The notes beneath the pieces are model-generated. The model had not been told where the DNA came from. It worked only from the letters and a program-made list of their open reading frames with translations, and searched no databases. This document shows, one piece after another, positions 29,706-40,459 of a stretch of 64,000 nucleotides of DNA (the first letter of the stretch is position 1; every line of letters starts with the position of its first letter). A program made the position numbers and the translations under genes. Source of the stretch: Candidatus Woesearchaeota archaeon (lineage in GTDB: Archaea; Nanobdellota; Nanobdellia; Woesearchaeales; BM511); contig PKTL01000044.1 in NCBI GenBank assembly GCA_002867475.1, positions 2,157-66,156 on the forward strand. Direction: 5' to 3'.

Positions 29706-30869
29706 ATGAAACTCGAAACCAACATAAAGAAATATTATCTTTTTTCATTTTTAAACTATTTTTTGATGTCACTTCCTTTTCTTTACGCATATTACTTGGT
29801 AGATCTAGGTTTCACATACACACAGATAGGGGTATATGGATTCATGCTTTCATTTACAATATTCTTATTTGAAGTACCATCAGGGTATTTGGCTGATTCA
29901 CTGGGTCGTAAGCTTACTTTGTTTCTTGGTGCAGTATTTCATTTCATCTCAATAGCACTTTTACTTATATTTACAAATTTTTTATCCATACTTCTTGTTC
30001 CTATATTTGGAGGATTAGGTCAAACAATGATTTCAGGTGCAGACAGCGCACTTTTTTATGAAAGCTTAAAATCAGTAAAAAAAGAAAAAAAATTCAAAAA
30101 ATATGATGGTAAAGCAAAAACTTTCCAGGAAGCAGGAGTAATATTATCAACAATCTTAGGATCAATATTCATAATCTACGGAATCAAATTATTATTCTTT
30201 ATAGAAGCAATAATTGGGATTTTTTTAATAATTGTCTCATTATCTTTTATTGAACCAAAGAAAAAAGAAGATATAGAATTATCTATAAAAGATATAAAAG
30301 GCGCAATAGACCATTCAATAAAAAATAATAAATTATTAGGTATATTTGTCTATTCATTTTTCGTGATGGGTTTTTCAAATGTGATATTTTTCTTATACCA
30401 ACCTTACTTCTTAGAAACAGGAATTCCTATTAGATTGTATGGGTTCATTTTCGCATTCTTCTCTTTATTTACAGCATTATTTTCTTACTATGCGCATAAG
30501 ATAGATTCAAGATTAGGAATAAAAAATACTTTACTATTGATGCCAATATTAGTATCATTATCATATCTTTTTGGAAGCATATTTTTTGTCTGGTGGGGAA
30601 TAATATTTTTTGCATTTAGAGAACTAGTTAGAGGTTTAGTTTTTCCAGTAGTTGGAGATTATCTTAACAAGAATGCAAAAAGCAAATATAGAGCGACAAT
30701 ATTATCAATAAATGCGATATTTTCAAGACTTGGATATGGATTATTGGTACTAGTTCTTGCAAGAGGTGCAGAGATAATAAGCCTAAAAACTACAATGCTT
30801 ATTTTCGGAATAATCTTGTCATTTATGACTTTTCTTTTTTGGTTCTTTCTAAATAATGGAAAAAAATAA
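29706..30869 (+). CDS. MFS transporter (tandem paralog)
   Basis: ADSLGRKLT loop motif, 12 TM segments; track start GTG at 29697. Confidence 0.7.
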   Translation: MKLETNIKKYYLFSFLNYFLMSLPFLYAYYLVDLGFTYTQIGVYGFMLSFTIFLFEVPSGYLADSLGRKLTLFLGAVFHFISIALLLIFTNFLSILLVPIFGGLGQTMISGADSALFYESLKSVKKEKKFKKYDGKAKTFQEAGVILSTILGSIFIIYGIKLLFFIEAIIGIFLIIVSLSFIEPKKKEDIELSIKDIKGAIDHSIKNNKLLGIFVYSFFVMGFSNVIFFLYQPYFLETGIPIRLYGFIFAFFSLFTALFSYYAHKIDSRLGIKNTLLLMPILVSLSYLFGSIFFVWWGIIFFAFRELVRGLVFPVVGDYLNKNAKSKYRATILSINAIFSRLGYGLLVLVLARGAEIISLKTTMLIFGIILSFMTFLFWFFLNNGKK

Positions 30870-30911
30870 TATAACGATTCCTTTATAAATAAAAATTAAA
30901 TTCTAATTCTT

Positions 30912-33017
30912 ATGTGCAGTATAACAGGTTATTTCAATATTAAAGATGCCGAAGTTAAGGTAGTTGATACTTTGAAGCTTTTCCATAATCGTGGAAAGGA
31001 TTCGGTTGGTATAGCAACACCTATAGTAAAGATTGCAAAAACTATTGAAGAATTAGATATAACCAATTCAAAAAATGCAATAGGCCACACACTTCACGCA
31101 ATGGTGAATTTGATACCACAACCTATCAAAAATGAAGGATTGATCGTTTCAAACTGTGAAATATACAACTGGAAAGAACTTTGTGAATCAGAAAATATTG
31201 ATGCTAGAAACGATTCAGAATTATTATTGAAACTATTAGACAAGTATGATGAAACCATTGAAGTCTTGAATAAGTTAGATGGTGTTTATGCATTTGCATA
31301 CTGGAAAGATGATAAGATCATTCTTGCTAGGGACTTGATAGGTGTAAAGCCTTTATGGTATAGTACTGATGATGGCTTTGCTTTTGCAAGCGAGAAAAAA
31401 GCATTACAGAAACAAGAGTATAGTTTGATAAGTGAACTGAATCCAAGAACTGTACTAAAATATGATATCAAAACAGACGAGATAGAATTATTAAGAAGAG
31501 ATTTTTTCAATAACAAGCCAGAACATGAAAAAAGTCATGAAGAAATAAAAAAAGAGGTTCAAGGATTATTTCTTAGTGCGGTAAGCAAAAGGATTCCTGA
31601 TGAAAAAGTGGGTTTATTATTTAGTGGAGGGATTGATTCAACAATAATTGCAAAAACTTTGCAAAGCTTAAACGTTGACTTTGTCTGCTATACAGCAGCG
31701 ATGACTGGAAAGGGCCTTGCGACAAGCGAAGACCTAACCTATTCAAGAAGGATAGCAAAAGAATATGGTTTTGAACTAAAAGAAGTATTGATTGATATTG
31801 ATGATGTTGAAGAAAAAATACGAAAAGTAGTTCCTTTAATAGAAGACACAAATGTTGTAAAAGTCGGTGTTGGATTAACGTTTTTATCAGTTTGTGAACA
31901 AGCGCAAATTGATGGGATTCGAGTCATGTACTCAGGATTAGGTTCTGAAGATATATTTGCAGGTTATGAAAGGCACAAGAACAGTCTTTTGATAAATGAC
32001 GAATGCTCAAGCGGTTTACTTAAGATGTATGAGAGAGATCTTTACCGTGATGATGTAATAACCATGAACCATAATATTGAACTACGACTTCCATTTTTGG
32101 ATAAGAAACTTGTCGATTATTCCTTGAAGATTCCTGCAGAATACAAGTTGGATGATGTACAAAATAAAAAAATAATTAGGGAAGTAGCTGAAGATTTAGG
32201 TCTTGATAAAGAATTTAGTCAAAGAAAAAAACGTGCAGCGCAGTACGGTTCAAGGTTTGATTCAGCATTGAACAAATTAGCTAAAAGAAATGGTTACAGT
32301 AAAAAATCAGAATATCTTTCACAATTCTTAGATGAAAAAAATCTAAAATTAGGACTTCTTCTTAGTGGTGGGAAAGATAGTAATTATGCAGGTCTACTTA
32401 TGCAAAGACAAAACTATGAATTAGCATGCGCGATAACTATAATGAGCAAGAATGATTACAGTTATATGTTTCACACTCCAGCAATAGAATTAACCAAATT
32501 ACAGGCTGAAAGCATGGGGCTTCCTTTAGTGATTGCAGAAACAAGTGGTGAGAAAGAAAAAGAGCTTGAAGATTTGAAGATTGCTTTGAAGGAAGCTAAA
32601 GTTAATCATAGGATTGAAGGAGTGATCACTGGAGCAGTATTTTCAAACTATCAAAGGGAACGAATCGAAAATGTGTGCGATGAACTAGACCTTAAAATAT
32701 TTAGTCCTCTTTGGCACATGAATCAAAGAACCTTGATGGAACAGTTGATTGCTGAAGGCTACGAATTCATATTCACAGCTGTTCAAGCATATGGATTCGA
32801 TAAAAGTTGGCTTGGAAGAACCATAACCTATGAAGATATAGAAAAACTATCTGAATTAGAAAAAAAGTATAAAATCAATGTCGCTGGGGAGGGGGGTGAG
32901 TTTGAGAGTTTAGTTTTAAACGGGCCAAACTATTCAAAACCGATAGAAATAGTTGAGCAAGAAATAGAAGTGGTCGATGAGAACACTGCAAGATTAATAA
33001 TTAAAAAAGCAAAATAA
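30912..33017 (+). CDS. Triple-domain fusion: class-II Gln amidotransferase plus asparagine-synthetase domain plus MJ0570/Dph6-type PP-loop ATP pyrophosphatase domain
   Basis: MCSITGY (Ntn Cys2), LLFSGGIDSTIIA (AsnB PP-loop), then second PP-loop LLLSGGKDSNYAGLLM and MJ0570-like region to the C-terminus. Confidence 0.7.
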   Translation: MCSITGYFNIKDAEVKVVDTLKLFHNRGKDSVGIATPIVKIAKTIEELDITNSKNAIGHTLHAMVNLIPQPIKNEGLIVSNCEIYNWKELCESENIDARNDSELLLKLLDKYDETIEVLNKLDGVYAFAYWKDDKIILARDLIGVKPLWYSTDDGFAFASEKKALQKQEYSLISELNPRTVLKYDIKTDEIELLRRDFFNNKPEHEKSHEEIKKEVQGLFLSAVSKRIPDEKVGLLFSGGIDSTIIAKTLQSLNVDFVCYTAAMTGKGLATSEDLTYSRRIAKEYGFELKEVLIDIDDVEEKIRKVVPLIEDTNVVKVGVGLTFLSVCEQAQIDGIRVMYSGLGSEDIFAGYERHKNSLLINDECSSGLLKMYERDLYRDDVITMNHNIELRLPFLDKKLVDYSLKIPAEYKLDDVQNKKIIREVAEDLGLDKEFSQRKKRAAQYGSRFDSALNKLAKRNGYSKKSEYLSQFLDEKNLKLGLLLSGGKDSNYAGLLMQRQNYELACAITIMSKNDYSYMFHTPAIELTKLQAESMGLPLVIAETSGEKEKELEDLKIALKEAKVNHRIEGVITGAVFSNYQRERIENVCDELDLKIFSPLWHMNQRTLMEQLIAEGYEFIFTAVQAYGFDKSWLGRTITYEDIEKLSELEKKYKINVAGEGGEFESLVLNGPNYSKPIEIVEQEIEVVDENTARLIIKKAK

Positions 33018-33407
33018 TTAGATTTTATATCCTGATTTTTGCCATGATTTTTGTTCCATAATTTTTCCATTTTCGAGCTTATCAATTACTTCTCTATTCA
33101 AATATGTTCTCATTGCAGTTGTTAGATTTTCTCTAGCACTTTTAGGAATAGCTCCATAATTTCCTGAATAACCTGACAATTCTAAGGGGTCATCAAAAAA
33201 CATTGACCAGTTTCCTCCTCCTATTATTAGTTTATCGCTTAGGCCTTCAATCCGGTTTATCGCAGTATTATGGCTATATGCTTCAGCCACAAAATATGCA
33301 CCTAAAAATTCTTTTTCTTTTGCAATAACAAATTTCCCAAAGTTATCAAGCGGATGTTCGCTTTCAATAAATTCTTGCACTTTAAATTCTAATTTTTCTT
33401 TTTCCAT
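33018..33407 (-). CDS. Hypothetical protein
   Basis: 129 aa ORF in operon with methyltransferase. Confidence 0.4.
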   Translation of the reverse strand: MEKEKLEFKVQEFIESEHPLDNFGKFVIAKEKEFLGAYFVAEAYSHNTAINRIEGLSDKLIIGGGNWSMFFDDPLELSGYSGNYGAIPKSARENLTTAMRTYLNREVIDKLENGKIMEQKSWQKSGYKI

Positions 33408-33417
33408 TTTTTACCTC

Positions 33418-34233
33418 TTATTTCCTTGCAACCATTATCATCTCTTTACTCTTATTATTGAAATGTTCTCCATTAAATGAACCATAAAATTCAATATCTT
33501 TGAATCCTACACTTTCAGCCATTTCTTCAAATTCATTTGCTGAATAGATTCTCATGCTATAAAATGCTCTAGGGAAAATTACATTTCCAATAGCATCTGT
33601 TGTTTCCCAAGAACCTTCCATTCTTTTTGTCGTTGGATTATAATCTTCAAGGATTATTAGTCTGTGGTTATTTTCAAGTTCTCTGATGCTTTGTTTTATT
33701 GTTGTGTTATTTTTTATCATTTCAGGACTTACATCTGTATGCAATAAAAGTTTTCCATCTGGTTTTAATGAATTATAGAATTCTTTCATCACTTGCACAT
33801 TCTCTTTTTCATTTTGGAAAAATCCAAATGAATAGAACATGTTTATAGTTGCATCAAATTGACCGTAAAGATCAGTTTCAATGTTTCTAAGATCTCTTTT
33901 CAGTAATGTTGGTATAACTTTTTTTTCTATTGAATCATTCTGTGCTTTCAATAGATGTTCTTTATCTATATCTATGCCTGTTAAATCATATCCTAATGAT
34001 TCAAGCATTATTGTATGTCTTCCATAACCACAAGGTGCATCAAGAATTTTTGAACCTTTTTCAAGATCTAAAAGTTTTATTATTCCTTCAGATTCTCTTT
34101 TTGTCTTTTCTTCTAGTGTTTCCTTTTGGTTCATCAGATAGCCATCTTTGCTATTGTCTGGATAGAAATATCTTTTTCCAAAAAAATATCCTTCTCTCCA
34201 CCAATTATTGGGGATTTTATTTTCTTCAATCAT
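33418..34233 (-). CDS. Class I SAM-dependent methyltransferase
   Basis: ILDAPCGYGRHTIML motif I, IDIDKEHL motif II. Confidence 0.75.
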   Translation of the reverse strand: MIEENKIPNNWWREGYFFGKRYFYPDNSKDGYLMNQKETLEEKTKRESEGIIKLLDLEKGSKILDAPCGYGRHTIMLESLGYDLTGIDIDKEHLLKAQNDSIEKKVIPTLLKRDLRNIETDLYGQFDATINMFYSFGFFQNEKENVQVMKEFYNSLKPDGKLLLHTDVSPEMIKNNTTIKQSIRELENNHRLIILEDYNPTTKRMEGSWETTDAIGNVIFPRAFYSMRIYSANEFEEMAESVGFKDIEFYGSFNGEHFNNKSKEMIMVARK

Positions 34234-34356
34234 GTTTAATACCTCATTAAATTTTGTTATAACTATTAAGTGGTATTATAATCTTTAAATATATTAGCCG
34301 TCGAAAAAGACCGACAATAAAAAAGTTTATATAATAGTTTCAATAATAGTTTCATA

Positions 34357-35067
34357 ATGCTCGAGAAATTAATTCAATATGGTTTGACTGAAAAGGAAGC
34401 AAATGTGTTTATTGTATGCTTAAAAGTGGGTAAAGCCACAGCAAACAGGATAAGTGAACTAGCTAACCTAGCACGTAGCACAACTTATGATATTCTTGAA
34501 AAATTAAAGAATCTTGGACTTATAACTACTGTTATTATAGATAACAAGACGAATTTTGTAGCAAATAATCCTGAAGTCCTATTGACATCTCTTGAAGAGA
34601 AAAGAAACGCTATAAATGAAATATTGCCAGAACTGAACAAGATACACGAAAAGGTTGGAGACAAACCAACAGCAGAAGTATTTCAAGGAAAACTAGCAGT
34701 CATAAAACTTCTAGATGAAATACTCGATAACGCTAAAGAGCTAAAAGTTATAGGAAGTCAAGGAAATGCTTTAGAAAAAATAGGTTACCACCCACACAAG
34801 TTTTGGGTTAAAAGGATTGAGAAAAAAATAAGGATAAAGCAGATACTAGAGATAAGTGAAGAATCAAAAAAATATCCAAATGATAAATTTACAGAAATTA
34901 GATTTCTAGAGTCTTTAAGTAATTCAAAAGAAGGAACATTCATTTTCGATGATTATGTCTATCACATAATATTCCAGTACGAGATAAGCGCAATAAAAAT
35001 AAGATCCAAAGACCATGCAGATGCAATGAATATAATGTTCTATGAGCTTTGGAAAAAAGCAAAATAA
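34357..35067 (+). CDS. TrmB-family transcriptional regulator
   Basis: N-terminal wHTH LTEKEANVFIVCLKVGKATANRISELANLARSTTYDILEKL. Confidence 0.6.
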   Translation: MLEKLIQYGLTEKEANVFIVCLKVGKATANRISELANLARSTTYDILEKLKNLGLITTVIIDNKTNFVANNPEVLLTSLEEKRNAINEILPELNKIHEKVGDKPTAEVFQGKLAVIKLLDEILDNAKELKVIGSQGNALEKIGYHPHKFWVKRIEKKIRIKQILEISEESKKYPNDKFTEIRFLESLSNSKEGTFIFDDYVYHIIFQYEISAIKIRSKDHADAMNIMFYELWKKAK

Positions 35068-35134
35068 AATTATTAAACATTTTTTTGGACAAATTTAGGA
35101 TATATTTAAAAATTGTTAGAATTTATCAAGTTTA

Positions 35135-35976
35135 TGGATACTAAATCAAATGAAAAATTGATCATTGGAGTCATTGGTGGAAAAGGAGCAATGGGAAAAC
35201 TTTTTGCAGACGCTTTCACTGATCTAGGCTGTAAAGTAATAATATCTGATATTGATACTGAGATAACAAATAAAGAATTGGCAAGCAATTCAGATATTAT
35301 AATAATTTCTGTTCCTATTCGTAAAACAAGGGAAGTAATTAGAGAAATAGTTCCTTTTGTGAAAAAAGGCTCATTATTGACCGATTTGACTTCTGTAAAA
35401 GAAATGCCTGTTGAAGAAATGACAAAAGCAAAAGATTGTGAAGTGGTTGGAGGTCATCCATTATTTGGTCCAAGTGTTGGGTTAAAAAATCAAAATTTTA
35501 TAATCTGTAAAGAAAGAACTGGAGAAATTTATAAGGAATATATATCCTTACTTGAAAGATTAGGTATAAAGATTATTTATATGAGTGTTGCAGAGCATGA
35601 TATGCAGATGGGTGTCATTCAAGGATTAACTCATTTTTCAAACATAACTCTTGGAAACACCTTGCAAAATATTGGCTATGATATTGAAAAAGGGGAAAGC
35701 ATAAGCAGCCCTGTATATCTGATGCGGCTTTATGGTGTTGGAAGAATCCTTGATCAAGATCCAGAGCTTTATTCAGATATCCAAATCGAGAATAAATATG
35801 CTAGGGAGCTAGCAAAAAAATATGTTGAATCATCTAAACAGATATGTGATGCGGTAAACGCTAAAGATAAAGAATCATTTGAAAAAATTTTCAATAAGTC
35901 AAAAGATTATTTTAAGAAAATAAATAAGAAATCAATGAAAAAAACTGACGATATGATTAAAGCTATCAATAATTAA
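35135..35976 (+). CDS. tyrA: Prephenate dehydrogenase
   Basis: IGVIGGKGAMG Rossmann motif, GGHPLFGP; track start TTG at 35113. Confidence 0.8.
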
Positions 35977-35977
35977 A

Positions 35978-36790
35978 ATGATAAAAATTGCAACTTTAGG
36001 ACCTGAAAATAGTTATTCTCATATATTATCACAAAAAATAAGTGAAGATAACAATAAAATAATATTATGCAAAACATTAAATGAAGTTTTTGAGAAAGTT
36101 GATAATGACAAAAATATTGAAGGAGTAGTCCCTATTGAAAATTTGATCCATGGAAGCGTAAGGGAATGCTTGTTAGGATTATTGAAGTATGGTGTCTATA
36201 TAACTGAGTCGTATGATTTTAATATATATCATTGTCTAGCAGCAAAAGGTGACAAATTTAATTCAATAGTGTCTCATCCTCAAGCACTTGCTCAATGCAG
36301 TGATTTTTTAAAAAATTTTAGAGAGCAAAATCTTATTGAAACAACAAGTACAAGTGAAGCGATGAATCTGGCAAAAAAAGATTCTTCTTTAGCAGCTATA
36401 GGATCGATAGATTCAGCAAAAAATGAAGAATTAAAAATCTTATATAAGAATATTGGCAATAATAAACATAATATTACAAGATTTATCAGGATCAAGAAAA
36501 ATTTTGAAAATAATGATATCAAAAATGAAAAAACCAGTTTGATTATACTTCCAAAAGAAGACCGTCCTGGTTTACTTTTCGAGATTCTTTCTATTTTCAA
36601 GATAAAGGATATCAATCTTACAAAGATAGAAAGCATACCTACTGGAGAAAAAATTGGTGAATATTTATTTTATCTAGAAATAGAAGGGAGTTGCAATCAA
36701 TTAAATCTAAAGCAAAGTTTTGATTTTTTATCAACTCTTGTCGATGTTAAGATATTGGGAAGCTATAATGTTAAAAAAATTGATCAGTAA
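35978..36790 (+). CDS. pheA: Prephenate dehydratase with ACT domain
   Basis: IATLGPENSYSH, TRF, ESIPTGEK...YLFYLEIEG. Confidence 0.85.
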   Translation: MIKIATLGPENSYSHILSQKISEDNNKIILCKTLNEVFEKVDNDKNIEGVVPIENLIHGSVRECLLGLLKYGVYITESYDFNIYHCLAAKGDKFNSIVSHPQALAQCSDFLKNFREQNLIETTSTSEAMNLAKKDSSLAAIGSIDSAKNEELKILYKNIGNNKHNITRFIRIKKNFENNDIKNEKTSLIILPKEDRPGLLFEILSIFKIKDINLTKIESIPTGEKIGEYLFYLEIEGSCNQLNLKQSFDFLSTLVDVKILGSYNVKKIDQ

Positions 36791-37877
36791 AAAAGCAGAT
36801 GAAATGAATGTTTCAGGCGTTAGAAAAATGTTTGAAGCAGCTTCAAAGCTAAAAGATCCTATAGATCTGTCTGTTGGACAACCAGATTTTGATGTACCTG
36901 ATATTATTAAGGATGAAGCTAAAAAAGCAATAGATATGGGCTTGAACAAATATGTTCCAACAAAAGGAATGGTTGAATTAAGAAATAAGATAAGATCAAA
37001 ATTACAAGAAAAAAATGGTATAACTGTAGATATAGAAAATATTTTCGTAACTAGTGCTGGTTCAGGCGCATTGACTTTAGCATTCGCATCAATACTAGAT
37101 AAGGATGATGAAATAATAATTTTCGATCCTTATTTTGTAGCCTATGAACAACTTGCTATCTTAAATGAAGCAAAACCTATATTTGTAGAAACCAATAATG
37201 ACTTTTCTTTAAACTTTGAATATCTAAAAAAAGCTATAACAAAAAAAACAAAAGCTATAATATTAAACACGCCAGGCAATCCAACAGGTTATGTTTTCAC
37301 AAAAAAAGAATTGACTGAACTTGTAAATATCTGTAAAGAAAATGATCTGATAATTATTTCTGATGAGATGTATGAAGATTTTATTTATGATCATAAACAT
37401 TTTAGTGTCGGGAGCATCTATGAAAAAACAATAAGCATATTTGGATTCTCAAAATCTCATTCCATGACTGGATGGAGGGTTGGATATTTTACTGCTCCAA
37501 AAGATATAATCGATGCAGCAACAAAAATATCACAGTTCACTTTTGTATGTGCGCCAACACCTTTCCAATATGCATGTATTAAAGCAGTCGATCATGATAT
37601 GAAAAAATATGTTGATGAATATAAAGAAAAAAGAGATTTTTTATACGATTCATTAAAAGACAAATATGAATTTGAAAAGCCTGAAGGCGCTTTTTATGCA
37701 TTCATTAAATATCCTTATGATCCAAAGAGATTCATAAATGATTGTTTAGATAAAAATCTTCTTGTTGTCCCTGGAAACGTATTCAGTAAAAAAAATACTC
37801 ATTTTAGAATAAGCTTCGCAGTTTGTGATGAAACCTTAAAAAAAGCAACAAGCATATTGAATCGCTTAGTTAAATAA
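36768..37877 (+). CDS. Class I/II PLP aminotransferase (aspartate/aromatic)
   Basis: SKSHSMTGWRVGY (Lys-PLP region), NPTG; overlaps pheA end by 23 nt. Confidence 0.8.
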   Translation: MLKKLISKKADEMNVSGVRKMFEAASKLKDPIDLSVGQPDFDVPDIIKDEAKKAIDMGLNKYVPTKGMVELRNKIRSKLQEKNGITVDIENIFVTSAGSGALTLAFASILDKDDEIIIFDPYFVAYEQLAILNEAKPIFVETNNDFSLNFEYLKKAITKKTKAIILNTPGNPTGYVFTKKELTELVNICKENDLIIISDEMYEDFIYDHKHFSVGSIYEKTISIFGFSKSHSMTGWRVGYFTAPKDIIDAATKISQFTFVCAPTPFQYACIKAVDHDMKKYVDEYKEKRDFLYDSLKDKYEFEKPEGAFYAFIKYPYDPKRFINDCLDKNLLVVPGNVFSKKNTHFRISFAVCDETLKKATSILNRLVK

Positions 37878-37879
37878 TT

Positions 37880-38287
37880 TTACTTCCACAATAGGCTTAT
37901 TGCAAAGCCTAACATTATGATTATTATTGGTGAGCTTGATGGTAATTTTATATTTAACATCATCAAACTTATTGAAAGTATTGATATTCCTCCAAAAATC
38001 TTCAAAAGGCTCATGTTCAAGTTATCTGTTATTAATGTACCAAGTGCTGCGCAGACCATGACAACTAATGTGCTTATCAAGCCAGCTGTCAATGCAACCA
38101 AAAGTTTTTCTTTCAAAGTACCTTCAAGCATGCTTGCAGCAAGTATAACGCTAGGTCCAACTATTGTTGGGAACACTATTGCTAAAAGGTTCTCAAATTT
38201 TAGAAAACCACTAACAGCAAATAGCGATATTGTTCCTGTGGTGCCAGCAAGGCTCATCAACCAAGTTAAGTTTTTCATATTGATCAC
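37880..38287 (-). CDS. Small 4-TM membrane protein
   Basis: 135 aa hydrophobic ORF. Confidence 0.45.
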   Translation of the reverse strand: MINMKNLTWLMSLAGTTGTISLFAVSGFLKFENLLAIVFPTIVGPSVILAASMLEGTLKEKLLVALTAGLISTLVVMVCAALGTLITDNLNMSLLKIFGGISILSISLMMLNIKLPSSSPIIIIMLGFAISLLWK

Positions 38288-38382
38288 AATTATAAATAGG
38301 CATTTTTCCTTTATATATAGTTTTGAAGAAAATTCAATATTTAATCGGAATATTTATATATTTTTGAATATTATACGAATTT

Positions 38383-38832
38383 ATGAAGAATATTACTGAA
38401 AAATTGATAGGGTTGTTTAAATCAGGATATTGCACACCTCAAATAGCAAGAATAGCAAAACATATCAAAGAACCATCAACAACAATACATTACAACATAA
38501 AAAAATTAGAGTCAGAAGGTGCAATAAAAGCTTACAAAGCAGTATTTGATTATAAAAAAATAAATCAAGGAACCTGTAACTATGTTTTCATAAATCTTGG
38601 ACAAGATCATTATGGTGATCCAGAACAAATAGCATATCAATTAGCAAAGTATGATGAAGTAGAAAGCATTGATATTTGCACAGGAGAGTTTGAACTGATA
38701 ATAAAACTAAGAACTAAAGATATTGATGAATATTATGAATTTGTAAAAAAAATAATAAAAAAATATGGTTTTAGAAGAACAGAGTCAGTTACAAGCCTAA
38801 AGCAAGTAAAGACTGAATTTGTAATCTTATAG
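38383..38832 (+). CDS. Lrp/AsnC-family transcriptional regulator
   Basis: HTH plus RAM-domain pattern, 149 aa. Confidence 0.7.
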   Translation: MKNITEKLIGLFKSGYCTPQIARIAKHIKEPSTTIHYNIKKLESEGAIKAYKAVFDYKKINQGTCNYVFINLGQDHYGDPEQIAYQLAKYDEVESIDICTGEFELIIKLRTKDIDEYYEFVKKIIKKYGFRRTESVTSLKQVKTEFVIL

Positions 38833-38883
38833 ATTATTTTATTCTTTTATGTACATAAGTCTTAAACTAAAAAAATAAAAAAA

Positions 38884-39636
38884 TTAAGTTATCCTAATAT
38901 AATTTTTATTTGCTTCAATAGTTTTATTGATGTCTAATCCTAAATTACTAAGTCTCTCTGTTAAGTCTAAAGAACTTACAATATCTCTATCACTAACATA
39001 CCATTCTTCAGCATGACCATCTACTAGTATTGATGGAAGTTTTGGATCTCTTGATTTTCCAGGTTTTAATCTATATCCTGACTTCATCATGTTTAGTTTA
39101 ATCTTTTTTTCATTATTATCAACATACAATAAAGGCATGGCTGATGTTATTCTTGAATTCCAAAGCCCATTAAATTCTTCAAATCCTACAATATTGATTA
39201 GCGCAGGATTTTGTGTGCCTGTTAACATCACTCCTGAACCTGAACAGCCATATCCTGTAGCTAATAATCCTTCATCTGATCCCCATGAATCAAATTTGAA
39301 GTTTCCTTTTACATATAGGATATCATATACATTGAAAGGAGGTATTGTTACATTCGCTCTTTTTAAAATCCAGTTTTTAGGATGTTCTTTATCTTTTGGT
39401 TTTATCAGAGTCTTTGTTATAGGTCCATGACAACACCCACCTGAACCTATATATGTTTCGAAAGCACTAACGTATCCCTCATCTGTAAATGGATTAATCA
39501 TTTCAATTTTTTTTAATCCTACAATATTTATCCTACTTTCACATTCTCCAAAAGGAACCGTATATATTATCTCTCCATTTAAAAAGAGATCAGGGCCTTT
39601 AAATGATAATCTATCTTCTAATTTTTTTTCTTTCAT
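38884..39636 (-). CDS. Hypothetical protein (CCHGP motif)
   Basis: 250 aa; last gene of three-gene minus-strand operon. Confidence 0.45.
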   Translation of the reverse strand: MKEKKLEDRLSFKGPDLFLNGEIIYTVPFGECESRINIVGLKKIEMINPFTDEGYVSAFETYIGSGGCCHGPITKTLIKPKDKEHPKNWILKRANVTIPPFNVYDILYVKGNFKFDSWGSDEGLLATGYGCSGSGVMLTGTQNPALINIVGFEEFNGLWNSRITSAMPLLYVDNNEKKIKLNMMKSGYRLKPGKSRDPKLPSILVDGHAEEWYVSDRDIVSSLDLTERLSNLGLDINKTIEANKNYIRIT

Positions 39637-39651
39637 TTTATTTTCCTCAAT

Positions 39652-39951
39652 TTATTCCCTATATATCGTTCCTATGTGTCCAGCTGGTTGATTATTGCTG
39701 TCATTAAAAGGCCAATTTTTAGGTAGGTCTAATGGTTGATATATTGGTGGTTCATTATTATACTCGAACTTTTTATTTCCAATAAGTCCATCTAAATCTT
39801 TTTTTCCTTTTCCTGGAAAATTGATAGGTTTGTAAGGTGGTTTTTCTTCAAAATTTGGAAATTTTTTATCTTCTATCTTGCCTTCTAATCCTGTTTTTGC
39901 TCCTGGAATATCCAAAGGTTTATATTGAATTCCTATGTTGTATGTTATCAT
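39652..39951 (-). CDS. Repeat protein (three ~30-aa YKPxDxPG...KKF...PP repeats)
   Basis: YKPLDIPG / YKPINFPG / YQPLDLP repeat units. Confidence 0.4.
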   Translation of the reverse strand: MITYNIGIQYKPLDIPGAKTGLEGKIEDKKFPNFEEKPPYKPINFPGKGKKDLDGLIGNKKFEYNNEPPIYQPLDLPKNWPFNDSNNQPAGHIGTIYRE

Positions 39952-39961
39952 TTTATTTTCC

Positions 39962-40174
39962 TCAAAATTTTTTGCTAAATTTTATTTTTTTATTTTTTTT
40001 AGCTCTTTCATTTAGGGTGTCTGCAACATTATTTGCAGTTGAATAATTTAACATTTTATCCATTGCAATTTTGTAGGATGTCATATCATCTATTCCTTTT
40101 GTGTTGTACATTAAAATTGCATTTATATTTTCAATTTTTTCGTACATTGGTTTGTTTATTGTTTCATATATCAT
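39962..40174 (-). CDS. Hypothetical small protein
   Basis: 70 aa ORF heading the operon. Confidence 0.3.
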   Translation of the reverse strand: MIYETINKPMYEKIENINAILMYNTKGIDDMTSYKIAMDKMLNYSTANNVADTLNERAKKNKKIKFSKKF

Positions 40175-40459
40175 TTTTTTACCTCTTAGTTTAACAATTT
40201 AATAATTGTTATTACTTAATAGTGGTTTATTTCTTTATATATTATTTTGAGTAAAATTCAATTATTACTCCATTTTATTTTAAAATATTGAATAATGTTC
40301 AAATTATGCTCTATAATAATTTTTTCATAACTTACAAATAGTGATTATTTAGCTTTATATTTAATGCTTCATAGATGACAAAAAAATACATTATTGTTTT
40401 AAATAAAACAAATTTAAATAATAGAAACATTTTTATAATTGTCATTTCATATATAATCT

